DNA from: an uncultured Oscillospiraceae bacterium
GTDB taxonomy: Bacteria; Bacillota; Clostridia; Oscillospirales; Oscillospiraceae
DNA: 60,323 bases
NCBI GenBank assembly: GCA_964564605.1
Contig: CAZMBL010000002.1
Location: 1-60,323, forward strand
Direction: 5' to 3'
The first letter of the stretch is position 1. Each line of letters begins with the position of its first letter. Below are positions 17,690 through 26,536 of the stretch, in pieces. Under the pieces are notes generated by a model, which had not been told where the DNA came from, ran no database searches, and worked only from the letters and a program-made list of their open reading frames with translations. Made by a program: the position numbers and the translations under genes.

Positions 17690-19030
17690 ATGGCATTTGA
17701 GGGATTGACCGAAAAAATCTCCGCCACCTTCAAAAAACTCCGGGGCAAAGGCCGCCTGAAAGAGGCCGATGTCAAGGAGGCCATGCGGGAGATCCGTATG
17801 GCACTGCTGGAGGCGGATGTCAGCTATAAAGTCTGCAAGGACTTCACCAACACCGTCACCCAGCGCTGCATCGGCGCGGACGTACTGGAGTCCCTGACCC
17901 CGGCGCAGATGATCGTCAAGATCGTCAACGAAGAACTGACCCGTCTGATGGGCAGCGATGTGCGCCATATCACCATCAACCCCAACGGCCCCACGGTCGT
18001 GATGATGGTTGGCCTGCAGGGCGCGGGCAAAACCACCAACGGCTCCAAGCTGGCCGGGCTGATGAAACGGCAGGGCAAAAATCCCCTGCTTGTAGCCTGC
18101 GACATTTACCGTCCCGCCGCCATCACCCAGCTGAAGGTCTGCGGCGAAAAGCTGGGCATTCCGGTATTCGACCGGGGCACACAGGATCCGGTGCAAACCG
18201 CGCGGGAGGCTGTACAGTACGCCCGGCAGCGTGGCTATGACATGGTATTTCTGGATACCGCCGGTCGCCTGCATGTGGACGAAGCGCTGATGCAGGAGCT
18301 GAAAAATATCAAAGCCGCCGTCTCCCCCGATGAGATCATGCTGGTGGTTGACGCCATGACCGGTCAGGACGCGGTCAACGCCGCCCAGAGCTTCCACGAA
18401 TGGCTGGATATCGACTCGGTGCTGCTGTCCAAGCTTGACGGCGATGCCAGAGGCGGTGCCGCCCTTTCCGTCCGGGCCGTGACCGGCAAGCCGGTGAAGT
18501 TCGCCGGTGTGGGCGAAAAGCTGGAGGATATCGAGCCCTTCCATCCGGATCGGATGGCCTCGCGCATTTTGGGCATGGGCGATGTGCTGAGCCTGATTGA
18601 GAAGGCGGAGAAGGCATACGATGCCAAAAAAGCCGCCGAAATGGAAGAGAAAATGCGCTCCAACCGCTTCACGCTGCAGGATTTCTACGACCAGCTGGTG
18701 CAGATGAAATCCATGGGTTCCATGCAGGACATTCTTGCCCAGCTGCCCGGCGGCGGTGCCATGAAAAATGTGCAGGTGGACGAGCGTCAGATGGCCCGCA
18801 CCGAGGCGATTATCCTTTCCATGACCCCAAAGGAGCGGGAAAATCCGGACATCATTCAGGCTTCCCGCAAGCGTCGCATTGCCGCCGGGGCCGGCGTGAA
18901 GGTGGAGGATGTGAACCGCCTTCTCAAGTCCTTCGATCAGATGCGCAAGCTGATGAAGCAGTTCTCCGGCCCGGGTATGGGCAAAAAAATGAAGCGCATG
19001 CGTGGTTTGGGTGGATTCCCGGGCTTCTGA
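17690..19030 (+). CDS. ffh: Signal recognition particle protein
   Basis: GLQGAGKTT, DTAGR, DGDARGGAALS, Met-rich M domain. Confidence 0.97.
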   Translation: MAFEGLTEKISATFKKLRGKGRLKEADVKEAMREIRMALLEADVSYKVCKDFTNTVTQRCIGADVLESLTPAQMIVKIVNEELTRLMGSDVRHITINPNGPTVVMMVGLQGAGKTTNGSKLAGLMKRQGKNPLLVACDIYRPAAITQLKVCGEKLGIPVFDRGTQDPVQTAREAVQYARQRGYDMVFLDTAGRLHVDEALMQELKNIKAAVSPDEIMLVVDAMTGQDAVNAAQSFHEWLDIDSVLLSKLDGDARGGAALSVRAVTGKPVKFAGVGEKLEDIEPFHPDRMASRILGMGDVLSLIEKAEKAYDAKKAAEMEEKMRSNRFTLQDFYDQLVQMKSMGSMQDILAQLPGGGAMKNVQVDERQMARTEAIILSMTPKERENPDIIQASRKRRIAAGAGVKVEDVNRLLKSFDQMRKLMKQFSGPGMGKKMKRMRGLGGFPGF

Positions 19031-19111
19031 GTGCCAAACGACATGGTTCGTAATAAGCAAATTGCTTTGCGATATTGACTAATTTGAAATTTTTATGGAG
19101 GTGAATTCTCA

Positions 19112-19351
19112 ATGGTTAAGATCAGACTGAGAAGAATGGGTGCAAAGAAGGCTCCGTACTACCGGATCATTGTGGCCGATGCCCGTTCTCCCCGTGACGG
19201 CCGCTGCATCGAGGAGATCGGCACTTACAATCCCATGGTTCAGCCCGCCGTGATCACGGTCGATGCCGAAAAGGCCCAGACCTGGATCAAGAACGGCGCC
19301 CAGCCCACGGATACCGTCCGCGGTCTGCTGAAGAAGGCCGGCGTACTGTAA
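19112..19351 (+). CDS. rpsP: 30S ribosomal protein S16
   Basis: [30 protein letters not shown]. Confidence 0.98.
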   Translation: MVKIRLRRMGAKKAPYYRIIVADARSPRDGRCIEEIGTYNPMVQPAVITVDAEKAQTWIKNGAQPTDTVRGLLKKAGVL

Positions 19352-19371
19352 TCCCAAAGGAGACTGGCGCA

Positions 19372-19602
19372 ATGAAAGAACTTTTGCTGTATATGGCAAA
19401 GAGCCTGGTGGACCATCCGGAAGAAGTTACCGTCACCGAAACGGAAGGTGAAGACGGTAAGGTGCTGGAGCTGCGTGTGGCCGAGGGCGACATGGGCAAG
19501 GTCATTGGCCGTCAGGGCCGGATCGCCAGAGAAATCCGTACCATTGTGAAGACCGTTGCGCAGCGCACCGGTGAAAAGGTCACGGTGGAAATCGTGGATT
19601 AA
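19372..19602 (+). CDS. khpA: KH-domain RNA-binding protein
   Basis: DMGKVIGRQGRIA KH motif; conserved position after rpsP. Confidence 0.93.
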   Translation: MKELLLYMAKSLVDHPEEVTVTETEGEDGKVLELRVAEGDMGKVIGRQGRIAREIRTIVKTVAQRTGEKVTVEIVD

Positions 19603-19653
19603 CGAGGATGCGTGGCAGGCTTGTCACGCATTTTTCGTTTTTGGGAGGTAACT

Positions 19654-20049
19654 ATGGACGAAATCTGGCAAAAAATGTACGAAGCGGCAAAGGCCGTGCA
19701 ACGCGAACGGCAGATTTCCCCCTATGTGCTGGCAGGCGGCGTGGCCGCGGCCATCCTCTCCGAGGGTGGGAATATCTACACCGGGGTGTGCGTGGACACC
19801 TGTTCCACCCTTGGCATCTGCGCCGAGCGCAGCGCGATTTTCAATATGCTGACCCACGGTGAAGACCGGCTCACCCGGGTGCTGGCAATTATGGGCGACG
19901 GCACCTGCGGCGCGCCCTGCGGGGCCTGCCGGGAGCTGCTGGTGCAGCTGATGCCGCAGCGTTACCGGGATGTTCAGATTCTGCTGGACAGTCAGACAGG
20001 AAAAACTACCACACTGGGAGAACTGACCCCCCAGTGGTGGATTTCATAA
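19654..20049 (+). CDS. Cytidine deaminase-family protein
   Basis: Zn motifs CAERSAI and PCGACRE; GGAGG RBS. Confidence 0.85.
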   Translation: MDEIWQKMYEAAKAVQRERQISPYVLAGGVAAAILSEGGNIYTGVCVDTCSTLGICAERSAIFNMLTHGEDRLTRVLAIMGDGTCGAPCGACRELLVQLMPQRYRDVQILLDSQTGKTTTLGELTPQWWIS

Positions 20050-20059
20050 GGAGAATGCT

Positions 20060-20551
20060 ATGAAGCTCCCATTTATCGAAGCCGGTGAGATCGTCACCAC
20101 CCATGGCATAAAGGGCGAAGTGAAGGTGCTGTGCTGGTTGGATGATCCCGAAATGCTCTGTTCCTTCGACCGCTGCCGCATTGACGCGCAGGAGTACGAA
20201 ATGACCGAGGTGCGGGTGCAGAAGACCTGCAATCTGGTCAAGCTGCGGGGCATTGACACCATGGAGGCCGCGCAGGCCCTGCGGGGCAAAAAAATCCTGC
20301 TGTTCCGGGAAGATATCGACGACGAGGTGATCTTCGCCGCCGAGCTGATCGGCATGGAGGTTTTTCAGGACGATGCTTCCATCGGAACCATCATGCAGGT
20401 GCTGGATTATCCCGGCAACAGTGTCTATGTGGTGCGCGGTGCCCACGAATACATGATCCCCGCGGTCAAACAGTTCATTCTGCGCACCGATCTGGCCGCC
20501 AACCGGATGGATGTGAAGCTCATTGAGGGAATGCGCAGCGATGAGAATTGA
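20060..20551 (+). CDS. rimM: 16S rRNA processing protein RimM
   Basis: GEIVTTHGIKGEVKV, ELIGMEV, YMIPAV; operon position. Confidence 0.95.
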   Translation: MKLPFIEAGEIVTTHGIKGEVKVLCWLDDPEMLCSFDRCRIDAQEYEMTEVRVQKTCNLVKLRGIDTMEAAQALRGKKILLFREDIDDEVIFAAELIGMEVFQDDASIGTIMQVLDYPGNSVYVVRGAHEYMIPAVKQFILRTDLAANRMDVKLIEGMRSDEN

Positions 20552-21329
20552 CATTCTGACCCTGTTTCCGGACAGTTTAACGGACGTGCTGTGCGACAGC
20601 ATCCTCGGGCGGGCGCAGGAGCGGGGCTTCATCCACATCGAGGCCCACCAGATCCGGGACTATACCGCCAACAAGCAGAATCAGGTGGATGACTATCCTT
20701 ACGGCGGTGGCCGGGGTGCCGTGATGGCGGCTGATCCCCTGTACCGCTGCTGGGAAGCGGTGTGCGACGAGGCCGCCGGGCCGGTGCATACCGTCTACCT
20801 CTCCCCCTGCGGCCACACCTTCCGGCAGGCCGACGCCATCCGGCTGAGCAAGCTGGACAATCTGGTTCTGGTCTGCGGCCACTATGAGGGCATCGACCAG
20901 CGATTTATCGACGAATGCGTGGACGAAGAGCTGTCGCTGGGGGATTTTGTCCTGACCGGCGGAGAAATTGCCGCCATGGCGGTGACGGATGCCGTATGCC
21001 GCATGGTGCCCGGCGTGCTGGCGGATCCGGAATGCTTTGAAGACGAAAGCCATTTTAACGGTCTTCTGGAATACCCCCAGTACACCCGCCCTGCCCTGTG
21101 GCACGGCCGGGCCATTCCGGAAATTCTCACCTCCGGCAACCACGAAAAGGTGCGCCGCTGGCGCAGAAAGCAGTCCCTGCGCCGCACCCGGGCGAGGCGG
21201 CCGGACATGTATGAAAAGCTTGATCTTTCCTCCAAAGAGGATCGGAAGCTCCTGTCCGAAATGGAAGCGGAGGATGCCACCGCAGAAAACGCCACGAGCC
21301 CGCAGGAAGCCAAGCCCGCAAAAGCGTAA
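20541..21329 (+). CDS. trmD: tRNA (guanine37-N1)-methyltransferase
   Basis: MRIDILTLFP, VDDYPYGGG, LVCGHYEGIDQR, SLGDFVLTGGE, LEYPQYTRP. Confidence 0.97.
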   Translation: MRIDILTLFPDSLTDVLCDSILGRAQERGFIHIEAHQIRDYTANKQNQVDDYPYGGGRGAVMAADPLYRCWEAVCDEAAGPVHTVYLSPCGHTFRQADAIRLSKLDNLVLVCGHYEGIDQRFIDECVDEELSLGDFVLTGGEIAAMAVTDAVCRMVPGVLADPECFEDESHFNGLLEYPQYTRPALWHGRAIPEILTSGNHEKVRRWRRKQSLRRTRARRPDMYEKLDLSSKEDRKLLSEMEAEDATAENATSPQEAKPAKA

Positions 21330-21403
21330 ACCTTCATGGAAAACCGGGGAATTTCCGATCATCTTCCACAATCGTTATTATGAACTTTTGTGCAAATCTC
21401 CCC

Positions 21404-21432
21404 TTGATTTCGTCCTGATATGTGCATATAAT
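21404..21432 (+). promoter_or_regulatory. Sigma-A promoter upstream of the sirtuin leader
   Basis: TTGATT, 17 bp, TATAAT. Confidence 0.75.
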
Positions 21433-21438
21433 ATTGAT

Positions 21439-21536
21439 GTGGAGAAATCCACGATGGCGAAGTCTTAGAGCGAGACTTCCGCCGGAAAAAAGCTCAATGG
21501 ATGATCACACCCTCTGTCTTTGGCGGAGGGTGTTTT
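21439..21536 (+). ncRNA. Unassigned structured leader / attenuator (or short independent sRNA) ending in an intrinsic terminator
   Basis: GNRA hairpin GTGGA-GAAA-TCCAC, second hairpin 21456-21483, terminator ACACCCTCTGTC...GCGGAGGGTGT-TTTT just before the RBS. Confidence 0.55.
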
Positions 21537-21554
21537 TAATCAGGAGGTACTTGT

Positions 21555-22277
21555 ATGGATGAACTGGAAATATTGAAGCAGTGGGTCAGGGAGAGTGAAA
21601 AAATTGTCTTTTTCGGCGGAGCAGGTGTATCGACCGCTTCCGGGATTCCGGATTTTCGCAGTGTGGATGGGCTGTACAGTCAGAAATTTGACTATCCGCC
21701 GGAAACCATCATCTCCCACACTTTCTTTTTGCACAATCCGGAATATTTCTTCCGCTTCTACCGGGAGAAAATGCTGCCGCTGGGCTTTGAGCCCAACATT
21801 GCCCACCGGGTACTGGCCCAGTGGGAACAGGAGGGGCGGCTCAGCGCCGTGGTGACCCAGAACATCGACGGGCTGCACCAAAAGGCGGGTTCCAAAAACG
21901 TGCTGGAGCTGCACGGCAGCGTGCTGCGTAACTATTGCACCCGCTGCGGCAAATTCTACGATGCCCAATTCGTCAAGAATGCCCCCGGCCTTCCCCGCTG
22001 CGCCTGCGGCGGCCTTGTCAAGCCGGACGTGGTGCTCTACGAAGAAAGCCTGGACCAGCGAACCATGGATGGCGCGGCCCAGGCAATCGAGGATGCGGAT
22101 ATGCTCATTGTGGCCGGAACCAGTCTGACGGTTTATCCGGCGGCGGGACTGCTGCACTACTATCAGGGAGATCGCATGGTGCTGATCAATCGGGACCCCA
22201 CGCCCCGGGATTACATGGCGGATCTTCTGCTACATGCATCGCTGTCCGATGTGTTTTCTCAGCTGTCTGAGGTTTGA
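21555..22277 (+). CDS. cobB: NAD-dependent protein deacylase (sirtuin)
   Basis: GGAGVSTASGIPDFRS, TQNIDGLH, ELHGS, CxxC...CxC, KPDVVLYEE, GTSL. Confidence 0.93.
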   Translation: MDELEILKQWVRESEKIVFFGGAGVSTASGIPDFRSVDGLYSQKFDYPPETIISHTFFLHNPEYFFRFYREKMLPLGFEPNIAHRVLAQWEQEGRLSAVVTQNIDGLHQKAGSKNVLELHGSVLRNYCTRCGKFYDAQFVKNAPGLPRCACGGLVKPDVVLYEESLDQRTMDGAAQAIEDADMLIVAGTSLTVYPAAGLLHYYQGDRMVLINRDPTPRDYMADLLLHASLSDVFSQLSEV

Positions 22278-24379
22278 AATACAATCCGGTAATAATCGTT
22301 CTTCAAAATCGCCGTGGAGACGGTGAAACGGTTCTGTACGATCCGGGTGACGGCCTCCACATACCCCTCCGGCACCAGAGACGGATCCACCAGATACGTC
22401 ACCTCCCCATTGGAGGAATTGAAGCGCACCCGATCGGTGATGAAGGAGCCGTTATACAAAATGGCGATATGCTCCACCCCGGGATCCAGCACATCCTGCC
22501 CGACCAGCAGCCGGGAATCATAGGTGAAGCCGAACAGATTCAGCAGCGTGGGCAGAATATCCACAGTGCAGCAGGGGGCATCAATCTCAATGGGTTCCTC
22601 CATATCCCCCGACCAGCAGATAAAGGCGTTTTCATAGATGCCAAAAGCCTTGTCCTTCGGCTCATCCGCCAGCTCGTTGTACTGCTTCTGGGTCAGGCCA
22701 TAGGGGAAGTGATCCGCCGTCATGACAATGACCGTATCTTCCAGCTTGCCCGCCTTTTCCAGCTCCTCCAGCAGGTAGGTCATGGCCTTCTCCAACTCCA
22801 GATGGCAGGCGATATAGGCCCGCACCGGCTCACTGTAGGGCAAATCCCGGACGGCCTCCTCGTTGGTGTAGCACATGGGATTTGTCTCGAAGCTGTAGGC
22901 ATAATGGCCGCTGAAGGTCATGTAGTAGGCGTGAAATTGCTCCTGATTAATATAATCCGGGATGGACTGCTCCATCATTTCCAGATCGGAGCTGGGCCAG
23001 CCATAGGTAAAGTGCATCCCGGCCCCGAGGAATTTGCAGCTGTAGCCCATATTTGGATGGGATTTTTCCCGGCTGTAGTAGCTGCCACGGTAATTGTGGT
23101 AGCCGTAGGACTGCACTCCCAGCTGCTCGCGGAACATGTTGCCAAGAGCGAAGGGGACATGGTTTTTCGCGGAATAGGCGAAGCTTCCGTTCTTTTTGCT
23201 GCGGGACAGATCCGGGAATATGCCCATGCAGGCGGTGTATTCCCCGTTGGTGGTCACATTGTAGTAGCTGCCGTAGAAATTGGTGAAGCGGATGCCCCCG
23301 TGGTACAGCTTGTAGAGCGTGGGGGTCAGCTCCTGACTGATGACCACAGGTGAAAAGGACTCGCACACCAGATAGATCAGGTTTTTCCCGGCGAACATGC
23401 CGGTGTATTCGTTGGTTTTTGTGGGTGTCTGGGCGGCAAAATACCGATGCAGGGTCTCCAGTGTAGAGTTGCCATCGGCCTGCGCCTCGGCCAGCAGCGC
23501 GTCAAAATCGATCTGCATGACCTGATCTGTGTATTCAATCACAGGCTCTGTCGGCTCCGACGGCTCCGATCCGGACTGGGACGGTTCCGTAGGCTGTGCC
23601 GGCACCGTGGTGGTCGGCAGCGGTGGCAGAGTGCCCAACAGGTGACTCAGATCCCCGGGGCCTTCCGCGTCCGGCCCCAGCGCGGCATCGCCCAACAGCA
23701 TGAACTTGCACTCCAGCCGGAAGGTGGTCAGAAAGCCCAGGGATTCCACGCTGGCATCGGTGCCGGTGTTGACACTGTGGTACACATCATAGATGCTGTA
23801 GGCCCCCGTCCCGCCAATGGGCAGGCACCAAAGGCACACAAGATGCACCACCACGCAGCCGGCCGCCAGCACCCCCTGCATAGGCAGACTGCGCCGCTGC
23901 AGCCGCAGGCGGTCGAAAAGCAGCAGGGCCCCCGTGACCAGAAGCGGCAATGCCAGTACCAGCAGCAGGCCGACATTGGCCGCCACGCAGGCTACCGTTT
24001 CCTTGAAAAAGCTGGTGATGGCATCGCCGCCCATCTGAATCAGATAGACGGAAATGAAGCCGCCGAAAATATTATAATAGATCAGCTGCGCCGCGTACCA
24101 GACATACAGCACCGCCTGCACCACCCACAGCACGGCCAAATTGCCCGCCCGGGGAAAAAAACCGGACAAAAGGGCAAACAGCAGAGCAAAAAACAGGCTG
24201 TAGCCCGCTACGAACAGCACACGACTGCCAAACTGCTGAAACAATATCCCATGCAGAAACAGCTCCCAGAACAGCACGGAGCCCAGCAGCAGAAAAAACG
24301 GATCCAGCCGAAACCGCCCAGCCGGCTCCGGCCTGAGATATTTGGGGCTGCTGTATTTGCGCCTGAACAAGAAAATCAC
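22259..24379 (-). CDS. LTA synthase (LtaS)-family membrane sulfatase
   Basis: Five N-terminal TM helices, Pro/Thr/Glu linker, NLIYLVCES, TTNGEY (Thr nucleophile), TFSGH, ADHFPYG, DILPTL. Confidence 0.85.
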   Translation of the reverse strand: MIFLFRRKYSSPKYLRPEPAGRFRLDPFFLLLGSVLFWELFLHGILFQQFGSRVLFVAGYSLFFALLFALLSGFFPRAGNLAVLWVVQAVLYVWYAAQLIYYNIFGGFISVYLIQMGGDAITSFFKETVACVAANVGLLLVLALPLLVTGALLLFDRLRLQRRSLPMQGVLAAGCVVVHLVCLWCLPIGGTGAYSIYDVYHSVNTGTDASVESLGFLTTFRLECKFMLLGDAALGPDAEGPGDLSHLLGTLPPLPTTTVPAQPTEPSQSGSEPSEPTEPVIEYTDQVMQIDFDALLAEAQADGNSTLETLHRYFAAQTPTKTNEYTGMFAGKNLIYLVCESFSPVVISQELTPTLYKLYHGGIRFTNFYGSYYNVTTNGEYTACMGIFPDLSRSKKNGSFAYSAKNHVPFALGNMFREQLGVQSYGYHNYRGSYYSREKSHPNMGYSCKFLGAGMHFTYGWPSSDLEMMEQSIPDYINQEQFHAYYMTFSGHYAYSFETNPMCYTNEEAVRDLPYSEPVRAYIACHLELEKAMTYLLEELEKAGKLEDTVIVMTADHFPYGLTQKQYNELADEPKDKAFGIYENAFICWSGDMEEPIEIDAPCCTVDILPTLLNLFGFTYDSRLLVGQDVLDPGVEHIAILYNGSFITDRVRFNSSNGEVTYLVDPSLVPEGYVEAVTRIVQNRFTVSTAILKNDYYRIVFQTSDS

Positions 24380-24572
24380 CTCACCGTTTTGATATGGCCG
24401 CAGGGTGCCCCCATCGGCCGCAGACGATCAATCCGAAAATTCCATGGCTATATGGTAACGCCAAACGGCGAAAAAAGCAAGATAAAACCGCGGATCCGGC
24501 AAAAAATTCAGGAATTCTCTTCCGGCAAACGGCAACCCCAAAAAATTGTGCTGTCATTGCGTTTCCGTAGGA

Positions 24573-24656
24573 GCCGATTGCGGCACATTGACCCCTACAA
24601 AATACCCGGAAGGACGGGAGGATGCCACACCAGTGTGCGCACTCACTTCGTTATGA
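24573..24656 (+). repeat. REP-like extragenic repeat, copy A
   Basis: 84 bp matching the reverse complement of 32905-32988 with 3 mismatches by my count; GTAGG-type palindrome plus GCCACACCAGTGTGCGCACT core. Confidence 0.8.
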
Positions 24657-24804
24657 CATTTCTTTTGGCACCCAGCGTAAAAGCCGATTGCAGCCTGCCG
24701 TGGAATGCGTGGCACACATGAAACAGGAAACCGGGCGTGCTGCTCTTGCGGCACGCCCGGGCGAGTTTTGTCAGGCTTTCCCGATTACCGGGGCGCCTTC
24801 CGGG

Positions 24805-25248
24805 TTATTCGACGATGATGCGGCCGTTTTCCTGCACGGTAACGGTCATGCCTTCTTTCACATAGTCCAGAAATTCCGGGCCCAGATTGTCTACCACCGG
24901 CATGTTGACACCATCGAGCCAGACGGAGGCCAGAATGGAACCGGCAGCTGCCAGAGAATCGATGGGGTTGGAGAACAGCATACAGGCCGGCTGGCGCTCC
25001 ATGGCACAGGCACAGTACAGCACCAGACCGCCGGTGGTGGAGCCAATGGTCTGGGGCAGGCACAGAGCCTTACCGGCCAGCTCCCGACCGTGGAGTTCGG
25101 GGTTATTCTGGTCACCGCAGGTGGCCTTTTTGTCGCCAAACTGGAGCGCACCCTGCAGGGAGGCCAGCGTGTTGAATCCGCTGTGGGTCACAACGGCCTT
25201 GGCGGTGGTGGTGCCGGGGGCAATGACCCGTCCGATAAATTCCTTCAT
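24805..25248 (-). CDS. Aconitase X small (swivel) subunit, DUF126-like
   Basis: 147 aa, HGRELAGKALCLPQTIGSTTGG with the conserved GS motif; coupled to the DUF521 gene. Confidence 0.8.
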   Translation of the reverse strand: MKEFIGRVIAPGTTTAKAVVTHSGFNTLASLQGALQFGDKKATCGDQNNPELHGRELAGKALCLPQTIGSTTGGLVLYCACAMERQPACMLFSNPIDSLAAAGSILASVWLDGVNMPVVDNLGPEFLDYVKEGMTVTVQENGRIIVE

Positions 25249-25249
25249 A

Positions 25250-26524
25250 TCAGCGGCCTCCTTTCGTGATCTGCTCCAGAATTTCCGCTTCCGTATAGTA
25301 GCGCGCGGTGGTGTAGGTGCGCAGCTTGTTGGAAGAGGTGATGACGTTCATGCTCTTGCACAGGGGGTTGTTCATATACATCAGGGGGCAGATGTAGCTC
25401 AAAATCACACCGGTGGCCTCCAGCCGGGCGGCATATTCCGTCTGGCGGAACTGCTTGAGGACGGCGGGGGCGGTGGTGAACACGGTGGGCACCGCTACCT
25501 TTTTCCGTCCCGCCTGCTGCAGCCCCTGCTCCACCCGAAGCGTCCAGTCCGCCAGTTGCTGCAGGCTCATGTGGGGGCAGCCGACAAAGCACAGCTTCGG
25601 CGCACCCTCCGGCTTCTTCCACATGACAGGATAGCTCGCCTTGACCCGCTCCAGTTCCGCATCGTCAATGATATACTCCCGGGCATCGGGGGCAATCAGG
25701 GCTGTGCCCAGCTCCTGCGCCTCCGGGGTCAGACCAGCGATGTGATAAAGCCCCACGGCCCCATTGGATGCGGTGGCCGCGCCAAAATCCTTCAGATAGG
25801 CGCAGACCTCATCCGTCAGTTCGGTGCCCAGCCACTGCTCCATACCCTCGATATAGGGCACATCCTCCATGACCTTCATGCCGATGGCGGAGCCGAGCAG
25901 CTGCGCCTCCGGCCGGGAGGTGCAGCGCACCTTGACCACCCATGTGGCCTTGCGCCCTTCATCTGTCAGAAGCCCGAAGTTGGGCACGCAACCGGCGATG
26001 GAGCCCATGATATCCATAATGCCGGAATTGCGGTTGCATCGGGCCCCCAGCACGGAGTTGGCATACACCACGGCGGAGGACTCCGCCCAGCTGAGAATCT
26101 CGCCTTTCCGGGGTTTGTTGCCCTGCTGATCCAGATAGCAGGCGCAGGTGAAGGCATCCTCATCCATCAGTCCCAGCTGTGCAAGCTGCTTTTCGTAGCT
26201 TTCCTGGGTGGTGTACATGAATTTGTTGAAAACCAGCTTTTGCAGCAGATTGGCCGGAACATTGGGATCCAGTGGCCGGGGATCCACGGAGAAGGGCTGG
26301 GTGGAAACGGCACCGGCATCGATCAGCTGCTGCATCAGTTCAAAGACGGGCTTCATCATTTTCAGGCCGAAGGAGGTAACAAGGTGATTGTACCGGGAGG
26401 AGACCGGCACCATTTTATCCGCGCCGAAGGTCTCACCGTACATGACCAGCGTTTTCATGACCCGGGCCATGGTTTCGCCCCGGGCACCGCTCAGTATGGC
26501 CTGCTGTTCATCGGTTAAATACAT
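25250..26524 (-). CDS. Aconitase X catalytic subunit, DUF521-like
   Basis: MYLTDEQQAIL.G..GE, TCACY, WAESSAVVYANSVLGARCNR, GCPH, ICP, TSSNK. Confidence 0.85.
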   Translation of the reverse strand: MYLTDEQQAILSGARGETMARVMKTLVMYGETFGADKMVPVSSRYNHLVTSFGLKMMKPVFELMQQLIDAGAVSTQPFSVDPRPLDPNVPANLLQKLVFNKFMYTTQESYEKQLAQLGLMDEDAFTCACYLDQQGNKPRKGEILSWAESSAVVYANSVLGARCNRNSGIMDIMGSIAGCVPNFGLLTDEGRKATWVVKVRCTSRPEAQLLGSAIGMKVMEDVPYIEGMEQWLGTELTDEVCAYLKDFGAATASNGAVGLYHIAGLTPEAQELGTALIAPDAREYIIDDAELERVKASYPVMWKKPEGAPKLCFVGCPHMSLQQLADWTLRVEQGLQQAGRKKVAVPTVFTTAPAVLKQFRQTEYAARLEATGVILSYICPLMYMNNPLCKSMNVITSSNKLRTYTTARYYTEAEILEQITKGGR

Positions 26525-26536
26525 TGCCTGCCCTCC

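Noticed and set aside
21555-22277. Sir2 anti-phage defence (Thoeris/DSR-like)
   Set aside because: Short stand-alone CobB-type deacylase with a Zn-ribbon and no TIR, HerA or Argonaute partner
22259-22277. 19-bp convergent overlap of cobB and the LtaS-family gene as antisense regulation
   Set aside because: Short tail-to-tail overlaps are common; no further evidence
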